Position numbers and translations under genes: made by a program. Shown one piece after another: positions 9,114 through 17,719 of a stretch of DNA of 56,771 nucleotides (position 1 is the stretch's first letter; each line of letters opens with the position of its first letter). The notes beneath the pieces were generated by a model. The model was given only the letters and a program-made list of their open reading frames with translations, made no database searches and was not told the origin of the DNA. Source of the DNA: Bryobacterales bacterium (GTDB lineage: Bacteria > Acidobacteriota > Terriglobia > Bryobacterales > Bryobacteraceae); the NCBI GenBank assembly GCA_030693045.1, contig JAUYBU010000048.1, positions 1 through 56,771 on the forward strand. The letters run 5' to 3'.

Positions 9114-9581
9114 ATGAATTCGGCGCGTCGCGTTGTCGTTCTGGTGGGCCTGCCCGGCTCGGGCAAGTCGAGCTATGTGGAACGCCTCGGCGTGACGCCG
9201 CTCTCGTCCGACCATCTGCGGCTTCTGCTGGCCGACGATGCGACGGACCAGAGCATCCACCGCGAGGTCTTCGCCACGCTCCGCTACCTGGTGCGGCGGC
9301 GCTTGGCGCTGGGCCGCGCGGTGACCTGGATTGACGCCACCAACCTGACTCCCGGAGAAAGGCGGCCCTATATTAAGCTTGCCGGTCTCTACGGGTGCGT
9401 GGCCGAGGCCGTGTTCTTCGACGTTCCGCTCGAGGTTTGCATGGAGCGCAATCGCCGCCGCGAACGCGTCGTACCGGAAGAGGCGATGCGGAAACTGGCG
9501 GCGCGCCTGGTCCCGCCATCGCTCGAGGAAGGCTTCGCCAAAATCACCGTGATCAATGCCGGAAGTGGCGAACTCCGGTGA
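9114..9581 (+). CDS. P-loop kinase (AAA_33 / polynucleotide-kinase-like ATPase)
   Basis: ATG at 9114. Walker A VGLPGSGKSS. About 155 aa, typical of small AAA_33 kinases. Confidence 0.7.
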   Translation: MNSARRVVVLVGLPGSGKSSYVERLGVTPLSSDHLRLLLADDATDQSIHREVFATLRYLVRRRLALGRAVTWIDATNLTPGERRPYIKLAGLYGCVAEAVFFDVPLEVCMERNRRRERVVPEEAMRKLAARLVPPSLEEGFAKITVINAGSGELR

Positions 9582-11112
9582 AGACCATCGCCAGGCCGAG
9601 CCGGTCGGCGGCGGCGATCACTTCGCCGTCGCGCACCGATCCGCCGGGCTGAATCACCGCCGTGATGCCGTGCTTCGCCGCTTCCTCGAGGCCGTCCGGG
9701 AAGGGGAAGAACGCGTCCGAGGCGAGCACCGTGCCCTCCAGCGGCAGCACCGCTTTCATCGCGCCCACCTTGACCGAATCCACGCGGCTCATCTGCCCCG
9801 CCCCGATCCCGGCGGTCTGCCCGGCGTGGGCGTAGACGATGGCGTTCGACTTCACGTGCTTCACCACCTTCCACGCGAAATCGAGCGCCGCCCATTCCTG
9901 CTCGGTCGGCGCGCGCTGGGTCTTCACCTGCGCCGCCGCGCGGTCGAGCTTATGGACGTCGGCGGTCTGGGCCAAAAAGCCGCCCGAGATCGATTTCATC
10001 ACCGGCTCCGCCGCCGGCAGCGGCGTCACCCGGACCAGCCGCAGGTTCCTCCGCGCGCCCAGCACGCCCAGCGCTTCGGGGGAGAAATCCGGGGCCGCGA
10101 CGGCTTCCACGAAGACCTTGGCGATCTCCTTGGCGGTCTCTTCGTCTATCGCGCGGTTGAAGGCCAGCACGCCTCCGTAGGCCGACACGGGGTCGCACTC
10201 GAAGGCGCGCCGGTAGGCGTCGGCCAGCATCCAGGCCTCGGCGCAGCCGCACGGGTTGGTGTGTTTGATGATGGCCGCCGCAGGCTGCGAGAATTCCAGA
10301 ATCAATTGCCAGGCCGCGTCCAGATCCACCAGGTTGTTGTAGGAAAGCTCCTTGCCCTGAAGCTGTCTTCCGCCGGCCACGCCGTATTCGGCCGCCGTGT
10401 AAAGCGCCGCCGACTGGTGCGGATTCTCGCCGTAGCGCAGCGCCAGCGTGCGCGGCGCGCGAATGTCGAGCACCGCCGGCAGCGCCTCCGCCGGATGGTC
10501 GCGAAACTCGCCGTCTTCCACTTCCATGCGCGCCAGGCGCGCCGTGATGGCGCGGTCGTACGCCGCGGTCAGCGCGTAGGCCTTGCGCGCCAGGTTCCAC
10601 TTCGTCTTGAGCGATAGTTCGCCGCCCGCGGCGCGCAATTCATCCAGCAGCGCGGCGTAGTCTTCCGGCGAGACCACCACGGCCACGTCCTGGTAGTTCT
10701 TGGCCGCGGCGCGAATCATGGTCGGGCCGCCGATGTCGATATTCTCGATCAGATCCTCGACCGTGGCCCCGGGCTTCGACGCGGCTTTCTCGAAGGCGTA
10801 GAGGTTCACCACCACCATGTCGATGGCCGGGATGCCGTGCGCGGCCAGCGCCTGCATGTGGTCGGCCTTCGAACGCATCGCCAGCACGCCCGCGGCGATG
10901 CGCGGATGGATGGTCTTCACGCGGCCGTCGAGCATCTCCGGAAAGCCGGTTACTTCGGCCACGTCTTTCACCGCCAGGCCGGCGTCGCGCAGCAGGCGCG
11001 CCGTGCCGCCGGTCGAGATCAGCTCAACTCCGAGTTCGGCGAGACCGCCTGCGAACTCGACCGCCCCGCTCTTGTCGGTAAGGCTCAGAATGGCGCGTTG
11101 GATCTTAGCCAT
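9553..11112 (-). CDS. purH: bifunctional AICAR formyltransferase / IMP cyclohydrolase
   Basis: About 520 aa with full-length similarity to PurH: an MGS-like N-terminus (MAKIQRAILSLTDKSG...STGGTA) and an AICARFT domain, ending ...FTGVRHFRH. Confidence 0.95.
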   Translation of the reverse strand: MAKIQRAILSLTDKSGAVEFAGGLAELGVELISTGGTARLLRDAGLAVKDVAEVTGFPEMLDGRVKTIHPRIAAGVLAMRSKADHMQALAAHGIPAIDMVVVNLYAFEKAASKPGATVEDLIENIDIGGPTMIRAAAKNYQDVAVVVSPEDYAALLDELRAAGGELSLKTKWNLARKAYALTAAYDRAITARLARMEVEDGEFRDHPAEALPAVLDIRAPRTLALRYGENPHQSAALYTAAEYGVAGGRQLQGKELSYNNLVDLDAAWQLILEFSQPAAAIIKHTNPCGCAEAWMLADAYRRAFECDPVSAYGGVLAFNRAIDEETAKEIAKVFVEAVAAPDFSPEALGVLGARRNLRLVRVTPLPAAEPVMKSISGGFLAQTADVHKLDRAAAQVKTQRAPTEQEWAALDFAWKVVKHVKSNAIVYAHAGQTAGIGAGQMSRVDSVKVGAMKAVLPLEGTVLASDAFFPFPDGLEEAAKHGITAVIQPGGSVRDGEVIAAADRLGLAMVFTGVRHFRH

Positions 11113-11143
11113 GGCTTCCCATTTTCCCACAGTGGAACCGCCC

Positions 11144-11514
11144 TCAGGCGTGGATTACCGAAACGCCGTAGGCCGCTAGGCGCGAGTCGGCGGTCATCAG
11201 CGCCAGTCCTGCGGCCTTCGCCTGCGCCACCAGCATCCGGTCGAACGGGTCGTCATGAATTCGCGGCAACGATCTGGCGAGCAGCGCGTGAATGACCTGG
11301 ATCGGAAGCGAGCGGAATCCGTTCGCTTCCAGCGCTCCCAGACGGCGCGGTTTGAATCCCGGATCAGATCCCGCGCCGGTTCGGAAAGTTCAGGCGCGTC
11401 GGCCAGCCCGGGTGGCAATTCCTCGAAGTCGCTGGCGATTCGCACCTTGCCACCCCACAACCCCGCGTGCGCGACGGCCGTTAAACCGGGGACGGAGTAC
11501 TGAGCCAACTGCAA
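11144..11514 (-). pseudogene. decayed type II toxin-antitoxin locus (Phd-like antitoxin C-terminus + PIN/VapC-like toxin, frameshifted)
   Basis: One frame (11197-11514) gives ...GLWGGKVRIASDFEELPPGLADA (antitoxin C-terminal signature), then LSEPARDLIRDSNRAVWE. A second frame (11144-11389) gives LEANGFRSLPIQVIHALLARSLPRIHDDPFDRMLVAQAKAAGLALMTADSRLAAYGVSVIHA*, a PIN C-terminal half. The PIN N-terminal acidic motif is absent. Confidence 0.55.
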
Positions 11515-11524
11515 AATTCACGCC

Positions 11525-11602
11525 CCGCTTCCTGACGGTCGCGGCTCGGTAACCTGTTGCGAATCAGTGGCGCGCTTCCGAGCCGCGACCGTCGAGGAGC
11601 GG
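11525..11602. repeat. REP-like palindromic element (CCGAGCCGCGACCGTC core)
   Basis: CCGCTTCCTGACGGTCGCGGCTCGG at 11525-11549 and the inverted copy CCGAGCCGCGACCGTCGAGGAGCGG at 11578-11602. There is a 16-bp perfect core stem and a 28-nt loop. The same core recurs at 35549-35573. Confidence 0.8.
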
Positions 11603-11626
11603 TTGAAGACGAATTTTGCTGGTGGC

Positions 11627-12760
11627 TCAGTTCTCCGTCCCCGGTTTTCCGGAGGCGATGCGGCCGAAGAACTCGAGCGAGCGTTTGGCGCACTCCTCCC
11701 AGCGAAAGCGCTTCGAGTGCTCGCGGCCGGCGGCGGCCAGCCGCTGGCGCAGCGAAGGCGAGGTGAGCAATTGCGACAACGCGCCGCGGATCTCTCCCAC
11801 ACTGCGGGGATCGACCAGGATGCCCCCTGGGCCCGCGACCTCCGGCATCGACGAGACGTTGGAGGCGACCACCGGGACACCGGCCGTGATCGCCTGCGCG
11901 ATCGGGAACCCGAAACCTTCATAAAGCGAAGGATAGGCGAACACGCTGGCGCCGGCGGTCAGCGCCGGCAGATCGCTTTCGGCGACATATCCGAGATACC
12001 GCAGGTTTGGCTGGCCCGCGCCAAGGCGCGCCAACGTAACTTCGGAGGCCCAACCGGCCGGGCCGGCAACCACCAGTTCGAAGTCCCCGCCGAACGACGG
12101 CGTCAGTTCGCTCCAGGCGTCCAGAAGACGGTCGAGGTTCTTGCGCGGCTCGACGGTACCCAGGAACAGGACGTACGGTTTGCGGAGGCCGAGACGCTCC
12201 AGGGTCTCCGCCGCCGTCTCGCGGGTGATTCGCGAGAACCGCTCATCGACGCCCGGATAGATCACCTCGACGCGTCCGGCTGGAATCCCGAGCAGGCGAA
12301 CCAGGTCCCGGCGCGTGCTCTCGGACACGGCGATCAGGCCGTCGGCGCGCCGCAGGACGTTGGCGCTAAAGCGGGCGTCGGCCTGGACGTTGCCCGCGGT
12401 GTGCAACTCCGGCAGCAGCGCCGCGGTCAGGTCGTGGACCGTGGCCGTCACGCGCGCGCGCCGGATGGGATTGCGCAACTGGTTGGTCACGTGGACCACG
12501 TCGTAGCGGGCCGCCAGGAAGTCGATGGCCGGATTGAACCGAATGTTCAGGAAGTGCAGCAGCGCCAGCCGCGGCAGCGTGGCCAGCGGCGTGAACACGC
12601 TGCGCTGGTGGGTGAGGGGCCCAAGCTCGCCGATCAGCGGAAACGCCTCGATCGACCCGGCGCCCTCGAGCCGCCGCAGATGGACCAGCCAGTGATAGAA
12701 GTAGTTCTTCACTCCGGCGCTGCGCAGCAGCAATGGGCTGGCGTCGATCAGAACGCGCAT
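11627..12760 (-). CDS. glycosyltransferase family 4 (GT1-fold, 'group 1')
   Basis: 377 aa. The C-terminal EGFGFPIAQAITAGVPVVASN motif is typical of Glycos_transf_1. Confidence 0.85.
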   Translation of the reverse strand: MRVLIDASPLLLRSAGVKNYFYHWLVHLRRLEGAGSIEAFPLIGELGPLTHQRSVFTPLATLPRLALLHFLNIRFNPAIDFLAARYDVVHVTNQLRNPIRRARVTATVHDLTAALLPELHTAGNVQADARFSANVLRRADGLIAVSESTRRDLVRLLGIPAGRVEVIYPGVDERFSRITRETAAETLERLGLRKPYVLFLGTVEPRKNLDRLLDAWSELTPSFGGDFELVVAGPAGWASEVTLARLGAGQPNLRYLGYVAESDLPALTAGASVFAYPSLYEGFGFPIAQAITAGVPVVASNVSSMPEVAGPGGILVDPRSVGEIRGALSQLLTSPSLRQRLAAAGREHSKRFRWEECAKRSLEFFGRIASGKPGTEN

Positions 12761-12880
12761 GGCTAACCCCTCATCATCGCACCGGCGGGGGTCCCGAAAC
12801 GTGCCCGCTTGTCCCGGCCGGTGTGTCGCGCGGGAACGGAGGGCGGGCGGCGGGAGATGGTTTTCCGCGAGTTACAGGTT

Positions 12881-12896
12881 TGGCAATGAAATTGCT
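12881..12896 (+). promoter_or_regulatory. sigma-54 (-24/-12) type promoter
   Basis: TGGCAA-TGAAA-TTGCT. The GG (12882-12883) and GC (12894-12895) are 12 nt apart, exactly as in the TGGCAC-N5-TTGCW consensus. It lies about 100 nt upstream of the GTG at 13000. Confidence 0.5.
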
Positions 12897-12999
12897 TAGG
12901 GAATAGTGGAAGGCCCGATCCTCGTCCCGCCGGGGTCCCCGCGTCCGACGATTCGTCTCGAACAGCGCCATTCTGCTTGAGTTCGCTGGAGGAAACAAC

Positions 13000-15900
13000 G
13001 TGCACCGCTTACACCGATTTTCGACGATACTCGCGTTTACCGCCGTCCTGCTTGGTATGGGGATGATCGCCAACGCGCAGAACTCACTGCAATTGAGCCA
13101 GACCACGCTCACTTTCAACGCTCCGGCCGGGTCGACCCCGATCCCAAGCCAGTATGTGTTCATCAGTGGCCCGCAAGGGGCAACCTACACCGCGACGATC
13201 CAATACCTACAGACCCCGAACTGGCTGTCGATAATCCCGTTAACCGGTCCCCTTCCCACCTTCGCCGAGGTACGGGCGAATCCGGCCGGACTGGCGCAGG
13301 GCAATTACGACGCCACGATTACGATTGCGGCTGCAGGCGTGCCCAACAGTCCGCAAATCATGTCGGTGCGACTCATCGTGGGCGCCGGATCGGTCGCTTC
13401 ACCGCTCACCGCCTCACCCGCGTCACTGAGCTTCACTTACACCGCCGGCGCCTTGATTCCGGCGGTCCAAAACATCACGGTGACCAGCAGTTCGGCGCAA
13501 GGGTTCTCGGTATTGCCGACCACGCAATCGGGCGGAAGCTGGCTTTCCGCAAACCCCTCGACGGCGACCACGGCGGCCACGATCTCGGTGGCGGTCAATC
13601 CGGCCGGGCTGGCGCAAGGCACCTATAATGGAACGGTCACGCTGACGCCGGCCGGATTTTTCGGGGGCGGCGCGCTGACGGTTCCGGTAATTCTTACCGT
13701 ATCCTCGACGCCCGAACTGAAGGTCGGCGCGTTGCAGCCGTTCAATTTTCAGATCGGCACGCCGACGCCCGCTTCCCAGACGCTGGCGGTCACCTCGACC
13801 GGCGCGACGTTGCCGTTTGGGGCGGCAGCCGCCACCCAGTCCGGTGGCAATTGGCTGGTCCTGAGTCCGACTGGCGGAGCGACGCCGGCGGATCTGACGG
13901 TCAGCGTCAACCCCAGCGTGCTATCCGGCCTTGCATTCGGCAGCTACAACGGTTCCATCACCATCAGCGCGCCCGGCGCCTCGAACCCGACCACCACCAT
14001 TCCGGTCACGCTGAACGTCAGCACGGCCTCGTTCGTCAACGTCACACCGGGTTCGCTCAGCTTTACGGTTCAACCGGGCGGCACCCTTCCCGCAGCGCAG
14101 AATCTCAACATCACCGGCACCATGCCGAACGTCGCCTTCACCGTCGCGGCGACGGTGACTTTGGGGGCGAACTGGCTCAGTGTCACTCCGGCCGGAGCGG
14201 GCTCGACGCCGGCCACGGTCGCGGTGAGCGTCACCGCGAATGCGCTGACCCTGCTGCCGGGCACCTATAACGGCCAGGTCACGGTGAACGCGCCCAACTC
14301 GGCGAATGTTACGACTGTCGTTCCCGTGACACTTACCGTCAGCAACACTCCTTCGCTGATCGTCAACCCGGCTTCCCTATCCTTCAACTACCAGACCGGC
14401 CGGGCGAATCCCCAGACCCAGACCATTTCCGTTTGGAGTTCCGGCATTCCGGCGCAATTCAACGTGACGGCGGCGACCGCCAAGGGCGGACAGTGGCTTC
14501 AGGCAGCTCCTTCGACGGCGACCACGCCCTGGGTGCTCAGCGTGTCGGCGAATCCCGCCGGCCTGGCCGCGGACACCTACACTGGCACGATTACGCTGAG
14601 TCCGATATCCAGCGGCGCGCCACCCGTGACAATTAACGTGACGCTGACCGTAAGCGCCACCGCGCTGCTGAACGTCAGCCCCGGGGCCGTGAGCTTCAAC
14701 CTGCCCCAGGGCACCAGCAGCTCGACGCAGAACATCGCGCTGACCAGCACCGGCGACCCGCTCAATTTCACCGCCACATCCCCGCCTCCCTCGAGCGGAG
14801 GAAACTGGCTTCTGATCGGCCCGCTGAGCGGGACCACGCCGGCCAATCTTCAGGTGTACGTGGTGCCTGGCTCGCTTGCCATCGGCGTGTATTCGGCGAC
14901 CATCACCGTGTCGGCGACGGGCGCCAACACCCAGACCATCCCGGTTTCGCTCACCGTCACCAGCGGCGCCTCGCTCAGGGCCGAGCCCGGCGCGATCAGC
15001 TTCACACAGGTGCAGGGCGGACCGGCTCCGGCCGCGCAAGTCGCCAGTCTCACAGCCTCCGGCGGCACGCCAGTGAACTTCGCGGCGTCGGCGACCACGA
15101 ATTCCTGCGGCAACTGGCTCACGGTCGAGCCGGTAAACGGCGCAACGCCGGCCCAGCTAAGGATCGTTCCGACCGCCGTGAACGTGACCGCCGGCACGCC
15201 GTGCGTCGGCGCGATCACAATCATGGCGCCCGGAACCATCAACTCTCCCCTGACCATTCCGGTCACCCTGAGCGTGGTTACGCCGCAGGTCCTGGCCGTG
15301 AACCCGGCGTCGCTGACCTTCAGCTATCGCGTGGGAGACGTTGCGCCGGCGCAGTTGTCCCTGCAGGCGACCAGCACCCCGGCGCCGGTCGGTTTCGTTC
15401 TCACCAGCGCCACGCAAAGCGGCGGCGATTGGCTGACTGCGACCACTAACAACGCCACCACCCCTGCCACCATCACTGTAGGTGTGCGGACGCAGGGTCT
15501 CACCGTGGCCGGAACCTTCACCGGGACCATCACCCTGACCTCGCCCACGGCGAGCAACAGCCCGGTGACGGTCGCCGTCACGCTGACGGTGACGGCGCTG
15601 CCGTCGCCCCAGATAACCGCGGTACGAAACGCCGCCAGTTACGCCGCCGGCCCGGTTGCGCGGGGCGAGATCATCTACATCGAGGGCGTCAACCTGGGCC
15701 CTCCAACGCTTACCACGCTCAGACTGAATGCGCAGGGGATGGTGGATACGGTGCTGGGGGAAACGCGCGTGCTGTTTGACGGCATCCCGGCGCCGCTGAT
15801 CTACGTCTCGCAACAACAGACGAGCTGCGTTGTGCCCTACTCCGTGGCCGGACTTACCGTGCGCATGCAGGTGGAATACAAGGGCCAGCTCTCGATCCCG

Positions 15901-16329
15901 ATCATGTTTGAGGTGACCGACGCCGCGCCGGGTCTGTTTACGCAAAACGTCCAGGGCAGCGGCCAGGGCGCCATCCTGAACCAGGATTACTCGCTGAACG
16001 GGCCGAACAGCCCCACCACGCGGCCCGCCGCCCTGGGGTCGGTGGTAATGATTTACGCCACCGGCGAGGGCCAGACCCTGCCGGCCGGCGTCGACGGCAG
16101 GGTGAATAACACCGGCACACTGCCGCGGCCGCTACTGCCGGTGAGCGTGACCATCGGCGGCAGTGAAGCCGAGGTTATTTACGCCGGCGCCGCGCCGAAC
16201 TTCGTCTCGGGCGCCATGCAGATCAACGTCCGCGTCCCGGCCGGCATCACGCCCGGCAATTCGATTCCGGTGCAGGTCCGCATCGGCAACCGGCTGAGCC
16301 AGTCCGGCGTGACCATGGCCGTGCAATAG
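13000..16329 (+). CDS. secreted protein with about 8 tandem Ig-like modules and a Solibacter-type C-terminal domain (TIGR03437-like)
   Basis: GTG start with GGAGGA upstream. Signal peptide HRLHRFSTILAFTAVLLGMGMIANA. Modules of about 95 aa repeat (...GG(S/N)WL...NP(A/S)GL..G.Y.G.(I/V)T(I/L)...). The C-terminus PQITAVRNAASYAAGPVARGEIIYIEG...APGLF...GAILNQD...IYATGEG...YAGAAPNFVSGAMQINVRVP matches that domain as I recall it. Confidence 0.85.
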   Translation: MHRLHRFSTILAFTAVLLGMGMIANAQNSLQLSQTTLTFNAPAGSTPIPSQYVFISGPQGATYTATIQYLQTPNWLSIIPLTGPLPTFAEVRANPAGLAQGNYDATITIAAAGVPNSPQIMSVRLIVGAGSVASPLTASPASLSFTYTAGALIPAVQNITVTSSSAQGFSVLPTTQSGGSWLSANPSTATTAATISVAVNPAGLAQGTYNGTVTLTPAGFFGGGALTVPVILTVSSTPELKVGALQPFNFQIGTPTPASQTLAVTSTGATLPFGAAAATQSGGNWLVLSPTGGATPADLTVSVNPSVLSGLAFGSYNGSITISAPGASNPTTTIPVTLNVSTASFVNVTPGSLSFTVQPGGTLPAAQNLNITGTMPNVAFTVAATVTLGANWLSVTPAGAGSTPATVAVSVTANALTLLPGTYNGQVTVNAPNSANVTTVVPVTLTVSNTPSLIVNPASLSFNYQTGRANPQTQTISVWSSGIPAQFNVTAATAKGGQWLQAAPSTATTPWVLSVSANPAGLAADTYTGTITLSPISSGAPPVTINVTLTVSATALLNVSPGAVSFNLPQGTSSSTQNIALTSTGDPLNFTATSPPPSSGGNWLLIGPLSGTTPANLQVYVVPGSLAIGVYSATITVSATGANTQTIPVSLTVTSGASLRAEPGAISFTQVQGGPAPAAQVASLTASGGTPVNFAASATTNSCGNWLTVEPVNGATPAQLRIVPTAVNVTAGTPCVGAITIMAPGTINSPLTIPVTLSVVTPQVLAVNPASLTFSYRVGDVAPAQLSLQATSTPAPVGFVLTSATQSGGDWLTATTNNATTPATITVGVRTQGLTVAGTFTGTITLTSPTASNSPVTVAVTLTVTALPSPQITAVRNAASYAAGPVARGEIIYIEGVNLGPPTLTTLRLNAQGMVDTVLGETRVLFDGIPAPLIYVSQQQTSCVVPYSVAGLTVRMQVEYKGQLSIPIMFEVTDAAPGLFTQNVQGSGQGAILNQDYSLNGPNSPTTRPAALGSVVMIYATGEGQTLPAGVDGRVNNTGTLPRPLLPVSVTIGGSEAEVIYAGAAPNFVSGAMQINVRVPAGITPGNSIPVQVRIGNRLSQSGVTMAVQ

Positions 16330-16353
16330 GAGCGGTTTGAATGAGCTTGCCGC

Positions 16354-16405
16354 GGGAAGCGCATCGCGCGCTTCCCACAGGGGCGGGTCCGGTAGGGCCC
16401 GCCCC
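16354..16405 (+). terminator. two consecutive GC-rich hairpins downstream of the Ig-repeat gene
   Basis: GGGAAGCGC-atcgc-GCGCTTCCC at 16354-16376 and GGGGCGGG-N10-CCCGCCCC at 16380-16405. No U-tract follows, so this would be a non-canonical terminator at best. Confidence 0.35.
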
Positions 16406-16456
16406 GCCTCGGACGTCCTCCCAATCTGCTACTCTGACGGTTCGAGGACCCTCACT

Positions 16457-17518
16457 ATGCGTTTCCTATTCCTTACCCTTCTCTCGGCGGCCACCCTGGC
16501 CGCGCAGGACACCAAGATTGCCGTGGTCGGCCTGGTGCATTCCCACGTTTGGGGCCACCTGGCGAAAATGATCAAGGGCGATGCGGCCAAACTTGTCGGC
16601 ATCGCCGAACCGAATCCCGAACTGGTGGCGGAAGCCAAGAAGATGGGCGCCGCCGACGCCGTTATCTTCTCCGACTATAAGAAGATGCTGGACCAGACCA
16701 AACCCCAGATCGTGTGGGCGTTCGTCGAGAACAACCGCCACCTGGAAATCGCCGAGGCGTGCGCCACGCGCAAGATCCACATCATGTTCGAAAAACCGCT
16801 GGCGGCCAGCTACAAGCAGGCGGTGGCGATCCGGGCTCTGGCGCGCAAGCACGGCATTCAGGTGCTGACCAACTACCAGATGGTCTGGTGGCCAGCCAAT
16901 TACGAGGCCAAGAAACTGGTCGAGGCCGGCGAACTCGGCAAGGTGTGGCGCGTGCGCGGCGTGGTGGGCCACGGCGGGCCGGGTTCGACGGGCCCCCGCA
17001 ACAAGTACTTCTTCGACTGGCTGACCGACCCGGTGCGGAACGGCGCCGGCGCGCTGATGGACTTCGGCTGCTACAACGCCCTGTGGAGCCTGTGGTACCT
17101 GGGAAAACCCGACTCGGTCTACGCGCAGGTCAACCACCTGCGGCCGGAAACCTTCCCCAAGGTCGAGGACAATTCGACCATGGTGCTTTCCTACAAGAAC
17201 GGCGTGGCGTTGCTGGAAGGCAGTTGGGACTTGCCGCGCAGCTTCCAGGATCTGGAAGTGTTCGGCCTGCGCGGCAGCGTTTACATGGCAAACGGAAAGG
17301 TAGAACTCAGGAAGGGACGCGAAACCAAGGAAGTTCCGCTCACGCCGCTGGGGCCCGAGCGCGCCGAACCGATCGCGTTCATGATCCACACGATCCAGTC
17401 CGGCAAGCCGATGGATGGTCTGACGGCGCTCGACATCAACGTCGACGTGGTCGAGATCATCGAGGCCGCCAAGATGTCGGTCAAGACCGGACGGGCGATT
17501 AAACTGCCTCTTCCGTAA
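16457..17518 (+). CDS. Gfo/Idh/MocA family oxidoreductase, Sec signal
   Basis: Start trimmed to MRFLFLTLLSAATLAAQD (ATG 16457). Rossmann N-terminus KIAVVGLVHSHVWGH and the EKP motif (MFEKPLA). Confidence 0.85.
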   Translation: MRFLFLTLLSAATLAAQDTKIAVVGLVHSHVWGHLAKMIKGDAAKLVGIAEPNPELVAEAKKMGAADAVIFSDYKKMLDQTKPQIVWAFVENNRHLEIAEACATRKIHIMFEKPLAASYKQAVAIRALARKHGIQVLTNYQMVWWPANYEAKKLVEAGELGKVWRVRGVVGHGGPGSTGPRNKYFFDWLTDPVRNGAGALMDFGCYNALWSLWYLGKPDSVYAQVNHLRPETFPKVEDNSTMVLSYKNGVALLEGSWDLPRSFQDLEVFGLRGSVYMANGKVELRKGRETKEVPLTPLGPERAEPIAFMIHTIQSGKPMDGLTALDINVDVVEIIEAAKMSVKTGRAIKLPLP

Positions 17519-17719
17519 GATTCTTTCTAATGTCGGGAAAAGCGAGGCCGATAAGTTCGGCAAGAGAGCGAACAAGAGAATGTTCCTCCGGACTGGCGAG
17601 CGGGCGCTTGCGGACGCCCGCTCCCCTCCCTCCGGCGGCCTTGAGCCGCCGGCCCAGTTCCACGGAACGATGCCAGCCCCTCCGGCCGGCGCTCACGTAG
17701 CGGTAGACTGGTAACGGGG

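Noticed and set aside
17598-17623. GC-rich hairpin GAGCGGGCG-N8-CGCCCGCTC as a terminator for the Gfo/Idh/MocA gene
   Set aside because: It lies 80 nt past the stop codon and is not followed by a U-tract. It is plausible but cannot be distinguished from incidental GC-rich palindromes.
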